DNA of 64,000 nucleotides from Patescibacteria group bacterium (GCA_028714455.1 JAQTMG010000002.1:102047-166046), one strand, 5' to 3'. Counted from the first letter of the stretch, positions 45,421 to 54,686 are shown. Numbers and translations: made by a program. Notes: generated by a model not told the origin, from the letters alone.

Positions 45421-46146
45421 ATGACCAAAGTAAAAAGAACAATAAAAAGAATAGTTAAAATTCCGGCCCTACCCGGACCCGGACCAGAGAAAAAAATTTC
45501 TCTGCAAAAGATGTCGGATATCACCTGGCGCATTTTTAGAATCATGTCCGAATTTGTGGACGGCTTTGAATTTCTTTCAAAGCTTAAAAAAGAAGTCACG
45601 ATTTTTGGTTCAGCTCGTTTGGACCATCAAAACCATTGGTGCAAGGAAGCGGAAAAACTGGGACATATTTTAGTCAGGCACGGATTTACAGTAATCACGG
45701 GAGGCGGTCCTGGCATCATGGAAGCCGCCAATAAGGGCGCTTATGGCGTTAATCCCGACAAATCAGTTGGCATTAATATCCAATTACCTACCGAGCAGAG
45801 AGTGAATCCTTATGTTAAAAAAGCCGCGGGCTTCTACTATTTTTTCACGAGAAAAGTCATGCTGGCCGCTTCGGCCCAATCCTATATTTTCTTTCCGGGC
45901 GGTTATGGCACGGCCGATGAATTTCTGGAAATCCTTGAATTAGTACAGACTGGCAAAATGCAAAAAACGCCAATAATTTTAATGGGCAAAGACTTTTGGC
46001 TGCCTCTGATAAGTTGGTTTGAAAAAACCATGGCGAAAAAATATAAAACCATTAACCCAAAGGATATAAAACTTTTCCATGTCGTTGATACCGCCGAACA
46101 AGCTTTTAAATATATAAAAGGCTCTCACGAAAGAACTATATTTTAG
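45421..46146 (+). CDS. LOG family (TIGR00730) nucleotide phosphoribohydrolase
   Basis: GGGPGIMEA and PGGYGTADEF motifs. Confidence 0.85.
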   Translation: MTKVKRTIKRIVKIPALPGPGPEKKISLQKMSDITWRIFRIMSEFVDGFEFLSKLKKEVTIFGSARLDHQNHWCKEAEKLGHILVRHGFTVITGGGPGIMEAANKGAYGVNPDKSVGINIQLPTEQRVNPYVKKAAGFYYFFTRKVMLAASAQSYIFFPGGYGTADEFLEILELVQTGKMQKTPIILMGKDFWLPLISWFEKTMAKKYKTINPKDIKLFHVVDTAEQAFKYIKGSHERTIF

Positions 46147-46295
46147 AGATTAGAGATTGGAGATTAGAAATTAGGGAAATGAATTAATCAAAAAGGGCAA
46201 ATCAAAATTGCTCTTTTTGTCATTGACAAAATTTAAAAAATATGCTAAGATAAAACAATTGGTTCATTTAAAATAAACGCAGAGGAGGATAAAAA

Positions 46296-46874
46296 TTGAA
46301 TATTCACGAAATATTCGGTGAAATTTCTGGATTTTTTTCGGCTCTGGCATATTTGCCTTACATTTATGCAATTCTGAAGGGCAAGGCCAAGCCCAACCGC
46401 GCTACTTGGATCATTTGGGCAACAATGAATTATATCATCTTTGCCAGCTCTTATTTTGCGGGCGCACGCACAACCCTCTGGCTGCCGATTGCTTATGCAC
46501 TGGGTTCCAGTATAACCGCACTTTTGTCAATAAAATATGGCGAAGGCGGTTGGTCAGGGTTTGATAAGTTTTGCTTAACTGGATCGGCTCTCGGCCTTGT
46601 CCTTTGGGCAATCACCAGACAACCCATAGTCGCCCTGGTCATTACCATCTTCATCGATTTTCTAGGCGCTTTGCCGACCATGAAAAAATCATGGCACGAT
46701 CCCAAGAGCGAGAATAAACTGACCTGGCTCATTTTCTCCATTGGAACATTATTCAGCGTACTTGCCATCAACAAGATTAATTTTGCCATCATGATTCTTC
46801 CCATTTATATGTTTCTCTGCTGCAACACAATCACCTTGCTTGTTGCTTGCCCCAGAAAGAAAAGTAATGTCTAA
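46296..46874 (+). CDS. hypothetical multi-TM membrane protein
   Basis: TTG start 5 nt after GAGGAGG. About six TM helices. Confidence 0.5.
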   Translation: MNIHEIFGEISGFFSALAYLPYIYAILKGKAKPNRATWIIWATMNYIIFASSYFAGARTTLWLPIAYALGSSITALLSIKYGEGGWSGFDKFCLTGSALGLVLWAITRQPIVALVITIFIDFLGALPTMKKSWHDPKSENKLTWLIFSIGTLFSVLAINKINFAIMILPIYMFLCCNTITLLVACPRKKSNV

Positions 46875-46904
46875 CACTCAAACTGAAGTAATTCAAAGTC
46901 GACG

Positions 46905-46940
46905 ACCCGCCAAAGTCAAAAGTGACTCGGCGGGTTTTTT
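46905..46940 (+). terminator. hairpin, left copy of the pair flanking the 47027 gene
   Basis: ACCCGCC...GGCGGGT plus TTTTTTCTT. Confidence 0.7.
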
Positions 46941-47026
46941 CTTCGACGCCAAAATTTTAAACCCTATGGCCATTATTGACAATAAACCTACTTTATGTTA
47001 AGTTAAAATCAAAAAGGAGGGAAAAA

Positions 47027-47296
47027 ATGTCGCTAATACTATGTCAAGGAACAAAGCCAACAAATCTGTCAATCAAGACGTTTGGGTGCTGCGACGACAA
47101 ATTTGTTCATTTGGGTAAGTATAAAATTACCATGAACGATTTCGTTGCCGCAGCAATGTATGTGCTGACGAACACTGACCTCGAGGAAAATGATCCGCGG
47201 CTGGAATTCGTCAAGGCAGTACAACGGCTAAAACCCGTAAAAGGTTTTAATCGTGGCTCCAAGAGACTAACCATACCGAAAGGCAAAAAGAAGTAA
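47027..47296 (+). CDS. hypothetical protein, 89 aa (SD-bearing orphan)
   Basis: ATG lies 5 nt after AAAGGAGGG. A TTGACA-17-TAAGTT promoter lies at 46976-47004. Confidence 0.5.
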   Translation: MSLILCQGTKPTNLSIKTFGCCDDKFVHLGKYKITMNDFVAAAMYVLTNTDLEENDPRLEFVKAVQRLKPVKGFNRGSKRLTIPKGKKK

Positions 47297-47303
47297 CGTC
47301 TCA

Positions 47304-47338
47304 AACCCGCCGATGCACAAGCAAAGGCGGGTTTTTTC
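47304..47338 (+). terminator. hairpin, right copy of the pair flanking the 47027 gene
   Basis: AACCCGCC...GGCGGGTT plus TTTTTCTT. Confidence 0.7.
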
Positions 47339-47366
47339 TTTTACGAAATTTTGCTAAAATTAGCTT

Positions 47367-48446
47367 ATGATAAAAAATAAACAAAAAGTCGCGATTGCCA
47401 TGAGCGGGGGAGTTGATTCATCAGTGGCCGCTGCTCTGCTAAAAAAACAGGGCTACCAAGTCATTGGTATTTTTATGCATTTCTGGTCAGATCCGCATTA
47501 CGCACAAAAACAAACCATGGCCAATAAATGCTGCTCTGTTGACGCTAAAAATGACGCCCGCCGAGTTGCCGAAAAGTTGGACATACCCTTATACACAATT
47601 AACCTTGATCAAGATTTCAAAAAATACATCGTGGACAATTTCTTGGATCAATATAAAAAAGGTTTTACGCCAAATCCTTGCGTGCGCTGCAATGAATTTA
47701 TTAAATTCGGATTATTTTGGAAAAAAGCCCAATCGCTTGGCTGTGATTTTATCTCAACTGGCCATTATGCCAAAATCAAAAAAGATAAAAATGGTTTTCA
47801 CTTACTTGAAGCCAAAGATAAATCAAAAGATCAATCATATTTCCTATATCGCCTAAATCAAGAGGTTTTAGCGCATTGTTTATTTCCGCTCGGTGATTTA
47901 GAAAAAACAGAAGTCAGAAAAATCGCCCAAAAAATGAAATTACCGGTCTTTGCCAAAAAGGATTCACAAGAGATTTGTTTTATACAAGAAAAAAACCCGA
48001 CTGAATTTTTAAAACGCTATTTAAAACCAAGGGCAGGGGATATTGTTTCAACCGAGGGGAAAAAAATGGGCCAACACCTGGGTTTGCCATTTTATACCAT
48101 TGGCCAAAGAAAAGGGCTGGGTTTAAGCGGCGGCCCCTGGTATGTCGTTGGGATGAACGCCAAAAAAAATCAAATCATTATCACTGCCAATCCGAGACAT
48201 CCTCGACTTTATAATGATATAATGAAAGTAACTAAAATCAGCTGGACAAATAAGCAGCCGAAATTACCGCTTCGTGTTTTTGTCAAAATCCGTTCCATGA
48301 ACAAAAAACAAGCCGGTGTTTTAAAAAAAGCAGGCAAATATTTTCAAATCAAATTTAAAAATAAACAAAGAGCCATCACGCCTGGCCAATCAGCCGTTTT
48401 TTATTTAAAAAATGAGGCGCTCGGCGGCGGCCTAATTTCAAAATAA
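47367..48446 (+). CDS. mnmA: tRNA 2-thiouridine(34) synthase
   Basis: PP-loop SGGVDSS, catalytic Cys residues and the full MnmA length. Confidence 0.9.
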   Translation: MIKNKQKVAIAMSGGVDSSVAAALLKKQGYQVIGIFMHFWSDPHYAQKQTMANKCCSVDAKNDARRVAEKLDIPLYTINLDQDFKKYIVDNFLDQYKKGFTPNPCVRCNEFIKFGLFWKKAQSLGCDFISTGHYAKIKKDKNGFHLLEAKDKSKDQSYFLYRLNQEVLAHCLFPLGDLEKTEVRKIAQKMKLPVFAKKDSQEICFIQEKNPTEFLKRYLKPRAGDIVSTEGKKMGQHLGLPFYTIGQRKGLGLSGGPWYVVGMNAKKNQIIITANPRHPRLYNDIMKVTKISWTNKQPKLPLRVFVKIRSMNKKQAGVLKKAGKYFQIKFKNKQRAITPGQSAVFYLKNEALGGGLISK

Positions 48447-49609
48447 TGAATTCTATCAAAACCAAAAAAATTATCGGACTTTTACTGGCCACGCTGTTCA
48501 TGGCCGTCAGCCTGGCCCAGCTCGCCTATATCCAGTCAACATTTTTAAACCAATATTTCACCCTGGAATTTGTGGGTATAGTTTTTTTTATTTCATATCT
48601 GCTGACGTTTTTTGCCATCAACGGCTACCCGAATTTGATAGCAAAACTGGGTAACCTCAAAACTGTAATCATCGCCATTGTTTTAGAAATATTGAGCTTG
48701 GCGATGTTTATTTATCTGCCAAGGCCAGAGTGGATTTTTATTGGGACAATAATTTACGTGATAGCTATAAATTTAATCGGAATTAACTACGATATTTTTC
48801 TTGAGGCTTACACCGCCAATACTAAAACTGGCAAAATTCGCGGGCTTTATTATACAATTTACAATTTAGGCTGGCTGGCCTCTCCCTTTTTCACTAGTTT
48901 AATTTTCGAAAAATACGGCTTTAACCTGATTTTTGGCATTATAATTTTTCTTTCCGTAATTTTCCTGGCGATTTTATCATTCAGTTTTTTTAATTTTAAA
49001 ATTAATTATCCAAAAAACTATTTTAACTTCAGAAAAACATTTGCCGCTCTCGGAAAAAACAAGGACATGCAGAGAATTTTTTTCATCGCCCTTCTGCTGC
49101 AAATTTTTTATGCCATTATGGTCGTCTACGCTCCTTTGTATTTGAGCGAATACATGGGGCTGTCCTGGACGCAGATAGGCATTATTTTTACTGTCATGCT
49201 TTTGCCCTTTGTATTTTTACAATATCCGGCTGGCTATCTGGCCGATAAATATTGGGGCGAAAAAGAGATGATGACGGCTGGCCTGGTGATTATGGCGATT
49301 TTTTCCATTGCCATATTCTTTATTGATACGCCGACTCTGTGGGTCTGGGCCCTGATATTGTTTTTGGGCAGAGTGGGGGCGAGTCTGACTGAAATAATGA
49401 GAGATACTTATTTTTTTAAAAAAGTTGATTCGACAAATATCGACATGATAAACGCCTTTCGTTCAACCACGCCGCTGGCTTATTTAATCGCGCCAATCGG
49501 CGCCAGCCTGACTTTATACCTGCTGCCGTTTAATTATCTATTTCTGATCCTAGGCCTGTTTTTGACAAGCGGCCTGACAGTATCCCTAATGATTCGGGAT
49601 ACAAAATAA
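48446..49609 (+). CDS. MFS transporter
   Basis: About 12 TM helices. Its start overlaps the mnmA stop. Confidence 0.75.
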   Translation: MNSIKTKKIIGLLLATLFMAVSLAQLAYIQSTFLNQYFTLEFVGIVFFISYLLTFFAINGYPNLIAKLGNLKTVIIAIVLEILSLAMFIYLPRPEWIFIGTIIYVIAINLIGINYDIFLEAYTANTKTGKIRGLYYTIYNLGWLASPFFTSLIFEKYGFNLIFGIIIFLSVIFLAILSFSFFNFKINYPKNYFNFRKTFAALGKNKDMQRIFFIALLLQIFYAIMVVYAPLYLSEYMGLSWTQIGIIFTVMLLPFVFLQYPAGYLADKYWGEKEMMTAGLVIMAIFSIAIFFIDTPTLWVWALILFLGRVGASLTEIMRDTYFFKKVDSTNIDMINAFRSTTPLAYLIAPIGASLTLYLLPFNYLFLILGLFLTSGLTVSLMIRDTK

Positions 49610-49701
49610 TACATAAAAAAATATTATAAACTATAAACCTTCGAGAAATCGCAGGTTTATTTATAAATTCAATGCTCAAGCCGTGCTTACTGTTCACTGG
49701 G

Positions 49702-49788
49702 GTTTGGGGGCGCAACTAACCTACGTTAGCCGTAACTAACTTCGGTTAGCGAAGGCTAAGCGTCTATTTGCATTTGCGACCCCAAAAC
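49702..49788 (+). other. multi-branched (cloverleaf-like) structured element
   Basis: The outer stem pairs GTTTGGGGGCGCAA with TTGCGACCCCAAAAC. It encloses CTAAC-CTAC-GTTAG and CTAAC-TTCG-GTTAG hairpins. Confidence 0.4.
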
Positions 49789-49866
49789 TTTTTGGTTCTT
49801 TTTGGTTACAAAAAGAACGAAGGTTAAATTCTTGCTAAAATTGCTAAAATTCTATACAATTTGAAT

Positions 49867-51681
49867 ATGACAGCTAAAGAATTGCGTGAAAAATACATCA
49901 ATTTTTTTCTCTCTAAAGGGCATAAGCACATACCCAGCGCTTCTTTAATTCCGGAAAATGATCCTTCGGTTTTGTTCACCACGGCTGGCATGCATCCGCT
50001 GGTACCATATTTAATGGGTGAAATTCACCCGGGCGGTAAAAAAGTCGTTGATATTCAAAAATGCATCAGAACCTCTGATATTGACGAGGTGGGCGATAAT
50101 CGTCACTTAACTTTTTTTGAAATGATGGGCAATTGGTCCTTTGGCGATTATTTTAAAAAAGAGGCGATTGAATGGAGCTGGGAATTTTTAACTGGCTCAA
50201 AATGGCTCGGCCTTGATCCGCAAAGAATTTATGTCACGGTTTTCAAAGGCGAAGAGGGAATTCCAAAAGATGACGAATCATTAAAAATCTGGCAGAATAT
50301 TTTTAAAAAAGAGGGAATAACTCACGAAATTGCCAAAAATGAAAAAATTGATGACACAACCAGAATCATTCCGTTAGGCAAAGAAGATAATTTTTGGATT
50401 GCTGGCGCAACCGGACCCTGCGGCGCAGACACTGAAATGTTTTACGATATAAATCCACAAGCAGGTCCTCTTGATGGCAAATTCAACGAATTAGTGAAAT
50501 CAGGCCGCTTGATTGAAATCTGGAATGATGTGTTCATGGAATTTGATAAGACGGCCGAGGGCAAATATGTGCCGCTCAAACAACAAAATGTGGATACTGG
50601 CATGGGCCTGGAACGAACAATAACTGTGCTCAATGGCTTTGACAATGTTTTTCAAACAGAATTTTTCCAGCCGCTCTTTAAGGAGATTGAAAAACTTTCG
50701 GGAAAAAAATATGCTGATGATGAAAATACCCGCGCTTTTAGGATAATTGCCGACCACATTAAAGCCGCTGCCTTCATTTTAGCCGACCCCAAAGGCATTA
50801 CGCCATCAAATGTTGATCGTGGCTATGTTCTCCGCCGTTTAATCCGCCGCGCTGTCAGATACGGAAAATTGCTTGGCATCAAAGATATTTTTACTTTCAA
50901 AATTGCCGAGCATGTCATTAAAATGTACCAGGATACTTATCCCGAACTTCATGAAAATAAAAATTTCATAATAAACCAATTAACTCTGGAGGAAGAAAAA
51001 TTTGATAAGACCATAAATAATGGCATGAAAGAATTCGAAAAAATAAGCCATGACAAAAACATTTCAGGCAAAGAAGCTTTTGTTCTTTTTTCCACCTATG
51101 GCTTTCCATTTGAAATGACAAAGGAAATAGCGCAGGAGAAAGGCATTAAAATAAATGAAAAAGAATTTGATGACGAGTTTAAAAAGCATCAAGAACTTTC
51201 CCGCACGGCTTCGGCTGGCATGTTTAAGGGCGGTTTGGCCGATACTTCAGATGAAACCAAAAAACTACACACGGCCGCTCATTTGATGTTGGCAGCGCTA
51301 AGAAAGGTGTTGGGGCCCGATGTTTATCAAAAGGGAAGTAATATCACAGCCGAGCGCTTAAGGTTTGATTTTAGCTATGATAAGAAGATGACACCCGAAC
51401 AAATTAAGGAAGTTGAAGATCTTGTTAATGAAAAAATAAAGGAAAAAATACCGGTTAAAATGGAAGAAATGGATACGGAAAAAGCCAAAAAAGAAGGCGC
51501 CACGGGTGTTTTTGGCCATAAATACGGCGATAGGGTAAAAGTGTATACAATAGGTAACTTTAGCCAAGAAATATGCGGCGGTCCGCATGCTGAAAATACC
51601 TCGGAATTGGGTCATTTTCACATTCAAAAGGAGGAGAGCTCCTCGGCTGGCGTTCGCCGAATCAAGGCAATCCTTGGCTAA
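49867..51681 (+). CDS. alaS: alanine--tRNA ligase, short form lacking the C-terminal (C-Ala) region
   Basis: Class II catalytic core and an editing-domain HxxxH/CGGxH (HTAAHLM, CGGPH). It is only about 604 aa. Confidence 0.85.
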   Translation: MTAKELREKYINFFLSKGHKHIPSASLIPENDPSVLFTTAGMHPLVPYLMGEIHPGGKKVVDIQKCIRTSDIDEVGDNRHLTFFEMMGNWSFGDYFKKEAIEWSWEFLTGSKWLGLDPQRIYVTVFKGEEGIPKDDESLKIWQNIFKKEGITHEIAKNEKIDDTTRIIPLGKEDNFWIAGATGPCGADTEMFYDINPQAGPLDGKFNELVKSGRLIEIWNDVFMEFDKTAEGKYVPLKQQNVDTGMGLERTITVLNGFDNVFQTEFFQPLFKEIEKLSGKKYADDENTRAFRIIADHIKAAAFILADPKGITPSNVDRGYVLRRLIRRAVRYGKLLGIKDIFTFKIAEHVIKMYQDTYPELHENKNFIINQLTLEEEKFDKTINNGMKEFEKISHDKNISGKEAFVLFSTYGFPFEMTKEIAQEKGIKINEKEFDDEFKKHQELSRTASAGMFKGGLADTSDETKKLHTAAHLMLAALRKVLGPDVYQKGSNITAERLRFDFSYDKKMTPEQIKEVEDLVNEKIKEKIPVKMEEMDTEKAKKEGATGVFGHKYGDRVKVYTIGNFSQEICGGPHAENTSELGHFHIQKEESSSAGVRRIKAILG

Positions 51682-51684
51682 AAC

Positions 51685-51712
51685 TTGACATTTTATTTAA
51701 TTCCTATATAAT
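51685..51712 (+). promoter_or_regulatory. consensus promoter upstream of the infA operon
   Basis: TTGACA-16-TATAAT. Confidence 0.6.
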
Positions 51713-51776
51713 TCAGTTATATAATTTTTAATCAAAATTATAGGTATACAAATTAACAAATCGATTTTTTGCAAAA

Positions 51777-51802
51777 GATTCTTGCAAAGAATCCTTTTTT
51801 TT
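51777..51802 (+). terminator. terminator-like hairpin in the infA operon leader
   Basis: GATTCTT-GCA-AAGAATC followed by C and a T8 run. Confidence 0.45.
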
Positions 51803-51835
51803 GTTATTATCTAAAAACGCCAAAAAAAACAAACT

Positions 51836-52072
51836 ATGGCTGAAAACGAAAACACTAAGGCCAGCAAAAATTTTATCGAAATGAGGGGTAGGGTTGAAGA
51901 ACTCTTGCCAGCGGGCAGCTTTAAGATAAAATTGGAAAATGGCCAGGAAATTCTGGGTTTTCTTTCCGGCAAGATGAGAATGAACAAGATCAGAATTTTG
52001 CCGGGCGACGAGGTAAGAGTTGAGATGACGCCCTACGATTTATCCAAGGGAAGAGTTGTCTATAGATATTAA
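51836..52072 (+). CDS. infA: translation initiation factor IF-1
   Basis: S1-like fold with [20 protein letters not shown]...[23 protein letters not shown]. Confidence 0.95.
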   Translation: MAENENTKASKNFIEMRGRVEELLPAGSFKIKLENGQEILGFLSGKMRMNKIRILPGDEVRVEMTPYDLSKGRVVYRY

Positions 52073-52112
52073 ATAATTAAGGAAAATATTTTTAAAATAT
52101 TTTTTTATTTTT

Positions 52113-52229
52113 ATGAAAGTTAGAGCATCGGTCAGACCAAGATGCAGAGATTGCAAAGTCATCAGACGAAAAAAACGCGTCTGGGTAATTTGCAAAAGTC
52201 ACCCTAAGCACAAACAGCGCCAGGGCTAA
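52113..52229 (+). CDS. rpmJ: 50S ribosomal protein L36 (38 aa, below ORF-track cutoff)
   Basis: [38 protein letters not shown]. Confidence 0.9.
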   Translation: MKVRASVRPRCRDCKVIRRKKRVWVICKSHPKHKQRQG

Positions 52230-52283
52230 CTTTTTATATTCCAATCCCTAATTTACTAATTACCAATTACTAATAACCAAGAT

Positions 52284-52676
52284 ATGCCAATCCGTATCGC
52301 TGGCGTCACAATTCCACAAGATAAAAGAATAGTTATTGCTTTAACCTATATTTATGGTATTGGCGATTCTTCTGCCGAAAAAATACTTAAAGCTCTTAAA
52401 ATTAACCCGGATACAAAAGCCAAAGACGTCACGGCCGACGAAGAGAGTAGGATTCGTGAGTATCTTAAGGATAATTTTAAATTAGAGGGTGATTTGAGAA
52501 GAGAGGTTTTGACCAACATTAAACGATTAAAAGAAATCAAAAGTTATAGAGGTAACAGACACGAAAGACATTTACCTTCTCGCGGACAAAGAACTAAAAC
52601 AAACTCCAGAACGGTTCGCGGCAACAAAAGAGTTACTCTGGGCAGCGGCAGAAAACCGTCAGCGCAGAAAACATAA
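52284..52676 (+). CDS. rpsM: 30S ribosomal protein S13
   Basis: MPRIAGV-like N-terminus and the conserved S13 sequence. Confidence 0.95.
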   Translation: MPIRIAGVTIPQDKRIVIALTYIYGIGDSSAEKILKALKINPDTKAKDVTADEESRIREYLKDNFKLEGDLRREVLTNIKRLKEIKSYRGNRHERHLPSRGQRTKTNSRTVRGNKRVTLGSGRKPSAQKT

Positions 52677-52685
52677 TTTTCCAAT

Positions 52686-53222
52686 ATGGCAGAAACTACA
52701 AAAAAAGATAAGAAAGAAAAAGAAGTTGTCAAAGAAGTTGCTAAAGAAGAAAAGGTTGAAAAACAGCCCGAGATTAAAATTGAAAAAAAAATCGAAGAGC
52801 CGTCTTTATCGGCAGAACCAAAGGATGAAAAGGAAAAAACCGGCAAGGTTTTCAGAAAAAAGAAAAATATCAGGCAGATAACTCATGGCCGAGCTTATAT
52901 TCAGGCGACATATAATAACACAATCATTACTTTGACCGATTTAAACGGCAATGTTTTATCATGGTCAAGCGCCGGCCAAAACGGCTTCAAGGGCCCAAAA
53001 AAATCGACTCCTTATGCCGCTTCGGTGATTGTTAAAGACGCCGTTGATAAAGCCAGCGTTTATGGATTAAAAAATGTTAACGCTTTTGTTAAGGGTGTCG
53101 GTTCTGGTCGCGAAGCAGCTGTCAGAGCTTTGAATACTTATGGCATAAATGTAATTTCCATTAAAGATATTACGCCGATTCCGCATAACGGCTGCCGCGC
53201 TAGAAAACCGCGCCGAATCTAA
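52686..53222 (+). CDS. rpsK: 30S ribosomal protein S11 with about 50-aa K/E-rich N-terminal extension
   Basis: The core starts near RKKKNIRQITHGRAYIQATYNNTIITLTD, preceded by a low-complexity KE-rich segment. Confidence 0.9.
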   Translation: MAETTKKDKKEKEVVKEVAKEEKVEKQPEIKIEKKIEEPSLSAEPKDEKEKTGKVFRKKKNIRQITHGRAYIQATYNNTIITLTDLNGNVLSWSSAGQNGFKGPKKSTPYAASVIVKDAVDKASVYGLKNVNAFVKGVGSGREAAVRALNTYGINVISIKDITPIPHNGCRARKPRRI

Positions 53223-53244
53223 TTCAAATTCTGAATCAAATAAA

Positions 53245-53871
53245 ATGGCAAGAAATCTAAATCCAAAATGTAAGCAATGCCGAAGAGAGGGTGTCAAGCT
53301 TTTTCTCAAAGGTGATCGTTGTTCAACCCCCAAATGCGCCATGGTTAAAAGAAATTTTCCACCGGGCGTTCATGGCGGCAAGGGTTATCCGAGAAGCACT
53401 TCTTATGGTTTAGAATTGCGAGAAAAACAAAAAGCCAAGAGGATCTACAGAATTTTAGAAGCCCAATTCAGCAAATATTTCGTGCAGGCCACGAAGTCAA
53501 AAGGCAATACCGAGGAGGTGATGTTCCAGCTATTAGAAATGCGCTTTGATAATGTCGTCTACCGAGCCGGCTTGGCTAAGTCAAGGGATCTGGCCAGACA
53601 GCTGATTTCTCATAAACATTTTACAATCAATGGCAAAAGGGTAAATATCCCTTCTTATAAGGTTAAAGTTGGCGATGTTATCGGCATTAAAGAAAATAGC
53701 AAAAGTTCCAAAGTTTTTGACAGTATCAAGGAACAGATCAAAAAAATAGAAGGTGTCTCCTGGCTTTCGATTGACCCGGAAAAGCTTGAGATCAAGGTGG
53801 TCGACAAACCAAAACTCGCGGAGCTGAAGGAATTTAATCCCAAACTAATAGTCGAATTTTATTCAAAATAA
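53245..53871 (+). CDS. rpsD: 30S ribosomal protein S4
   Basis: N-terminal CKQCRREG zinc-like motif and an S4 domain. Confidence 0.95.
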   Translation: MARNLNPKCKQCRREGVKLFLKGDRCSTPKCAMVKRNFPPGVHGGKGYPRSTSYGLELREKQKAKRIYRILEAQFSKYFVQATKSKGNTEEVMFQLLEMRFDNVVYRAGLAKSRDLARQLISHKHFTINGKRVNIPSYKVKVGDVIGIKENSKSSKVFDSIKEQIKKIEGVSWLSIDPEKLEIKVVDKPKLAELKEFNPKLIVEFYSK

Positions 53872-53901
53872 AAATAAATTTTAAGATTAAATTATTTTTT
53901 T

Positions 53902-54684
53902 ATGGAAAATCTCTTCTTACCGACCAAAATTGAGTTAAAAAAGGGCGAAGGAGCCAACGAGGGCATTTTGGTTATTGAGCCGCTATTTCATGGTTATGGC
54001 ACAACCATCGGCAATGCTTTGAGAAGAGTTTTATTGTCGTCACTGCCAGGCGCCGCCGTCACTTCATTTAAAATCAAAGGGGCTACGCACGAATTTTCAG
54101 CCGTTAAGGGAATATACGAGGATGTTCTTGAAATTGTATTAAACTTAAAACAGCTTCGCTTAAAGATGTACGTTGATGAACCGGTTGTCTTAAAACTTGT
54201 TAAAAAGGGCGAAGGTGAAGTAACCGGAGCCGATATTGAAAAAAATTCTAGCGTGGAAATTTTTAATCCAGAAATGAAAATCGCGACCATTACGGAAAAG
54301 GGCGCGGAATTAAACATGGAAATTACCGTTGAAAAAGGACTTGGCTTTGAACCAACCGAAAACAGAGATAAGACAAAACTGCCGGTCGGAGCCATCGCCA
54401 TTGATGCCATTTATACGCCGCTAAAGGACATCGGCTTTAAAGTCGAAGATACTCGCGTGGGCCAAATCACCAACTTTGACAAATTGACCATGGATATCAA
54501 GACCGACGGCACTATCACCCCGTCATACGCGATCAACTATGCCGCCAAACTGCTAATCGATCATTTTACTTTATTAACTAAGGAAGAAAATATTCCAGTT
54601 GAGACAGCCGTCAAAGAATCGGCCGAAGAAAAACCGGCCAAAAAGGCTAAGAAAGCGCCCAAGGCCAAAAAGGCTAAGAAATAA
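53902..54684 (+). CDS. rpoA: RNA polymerase alpha subunit, N-terminal domain only plus K/A-rich tail
   Basis: The alpha-NTD is conserved (GTTIGNALRRVLLSS). The protein ends at 260 aa with EEKPAKKAKKAPKAKKAKK. Confidence 0.9.
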   Translation: MENLFLPTKIELKKGEGANEGILVIEPLFHGYGTTIGNALRRVLLSSLPGAAVTSFKIKGATHEFSAVKGIYEDVLEIVLNLKQLRLKMYVDEPVVLKLVKKGEGEVTGADIEKNSSVEIFNPEMKIATITEKGAELNMEITVEKGLGFEPTENRDKTKLPVGAIAIDAIYTPLKDIGFKVEDTRVGQITNFDKLTMDIKTDGTITPSYAINYAAKLLIDHFTLLTKEENIPVETAVKESAEEKPAKKAKKAPKAKKAKK

Positions 54685-54686
54685 AT

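Noticed and set aside
33127-47338. Interpreting the hairpin-bracketed genes as integron cassettes with attC sites
   Set aside because: There is no integrase or attI in the window and the cassettes are dispersed, not arrayed. Each hairpin pair is private to its gene. The hairpins end in T runs like ordinary terminators.
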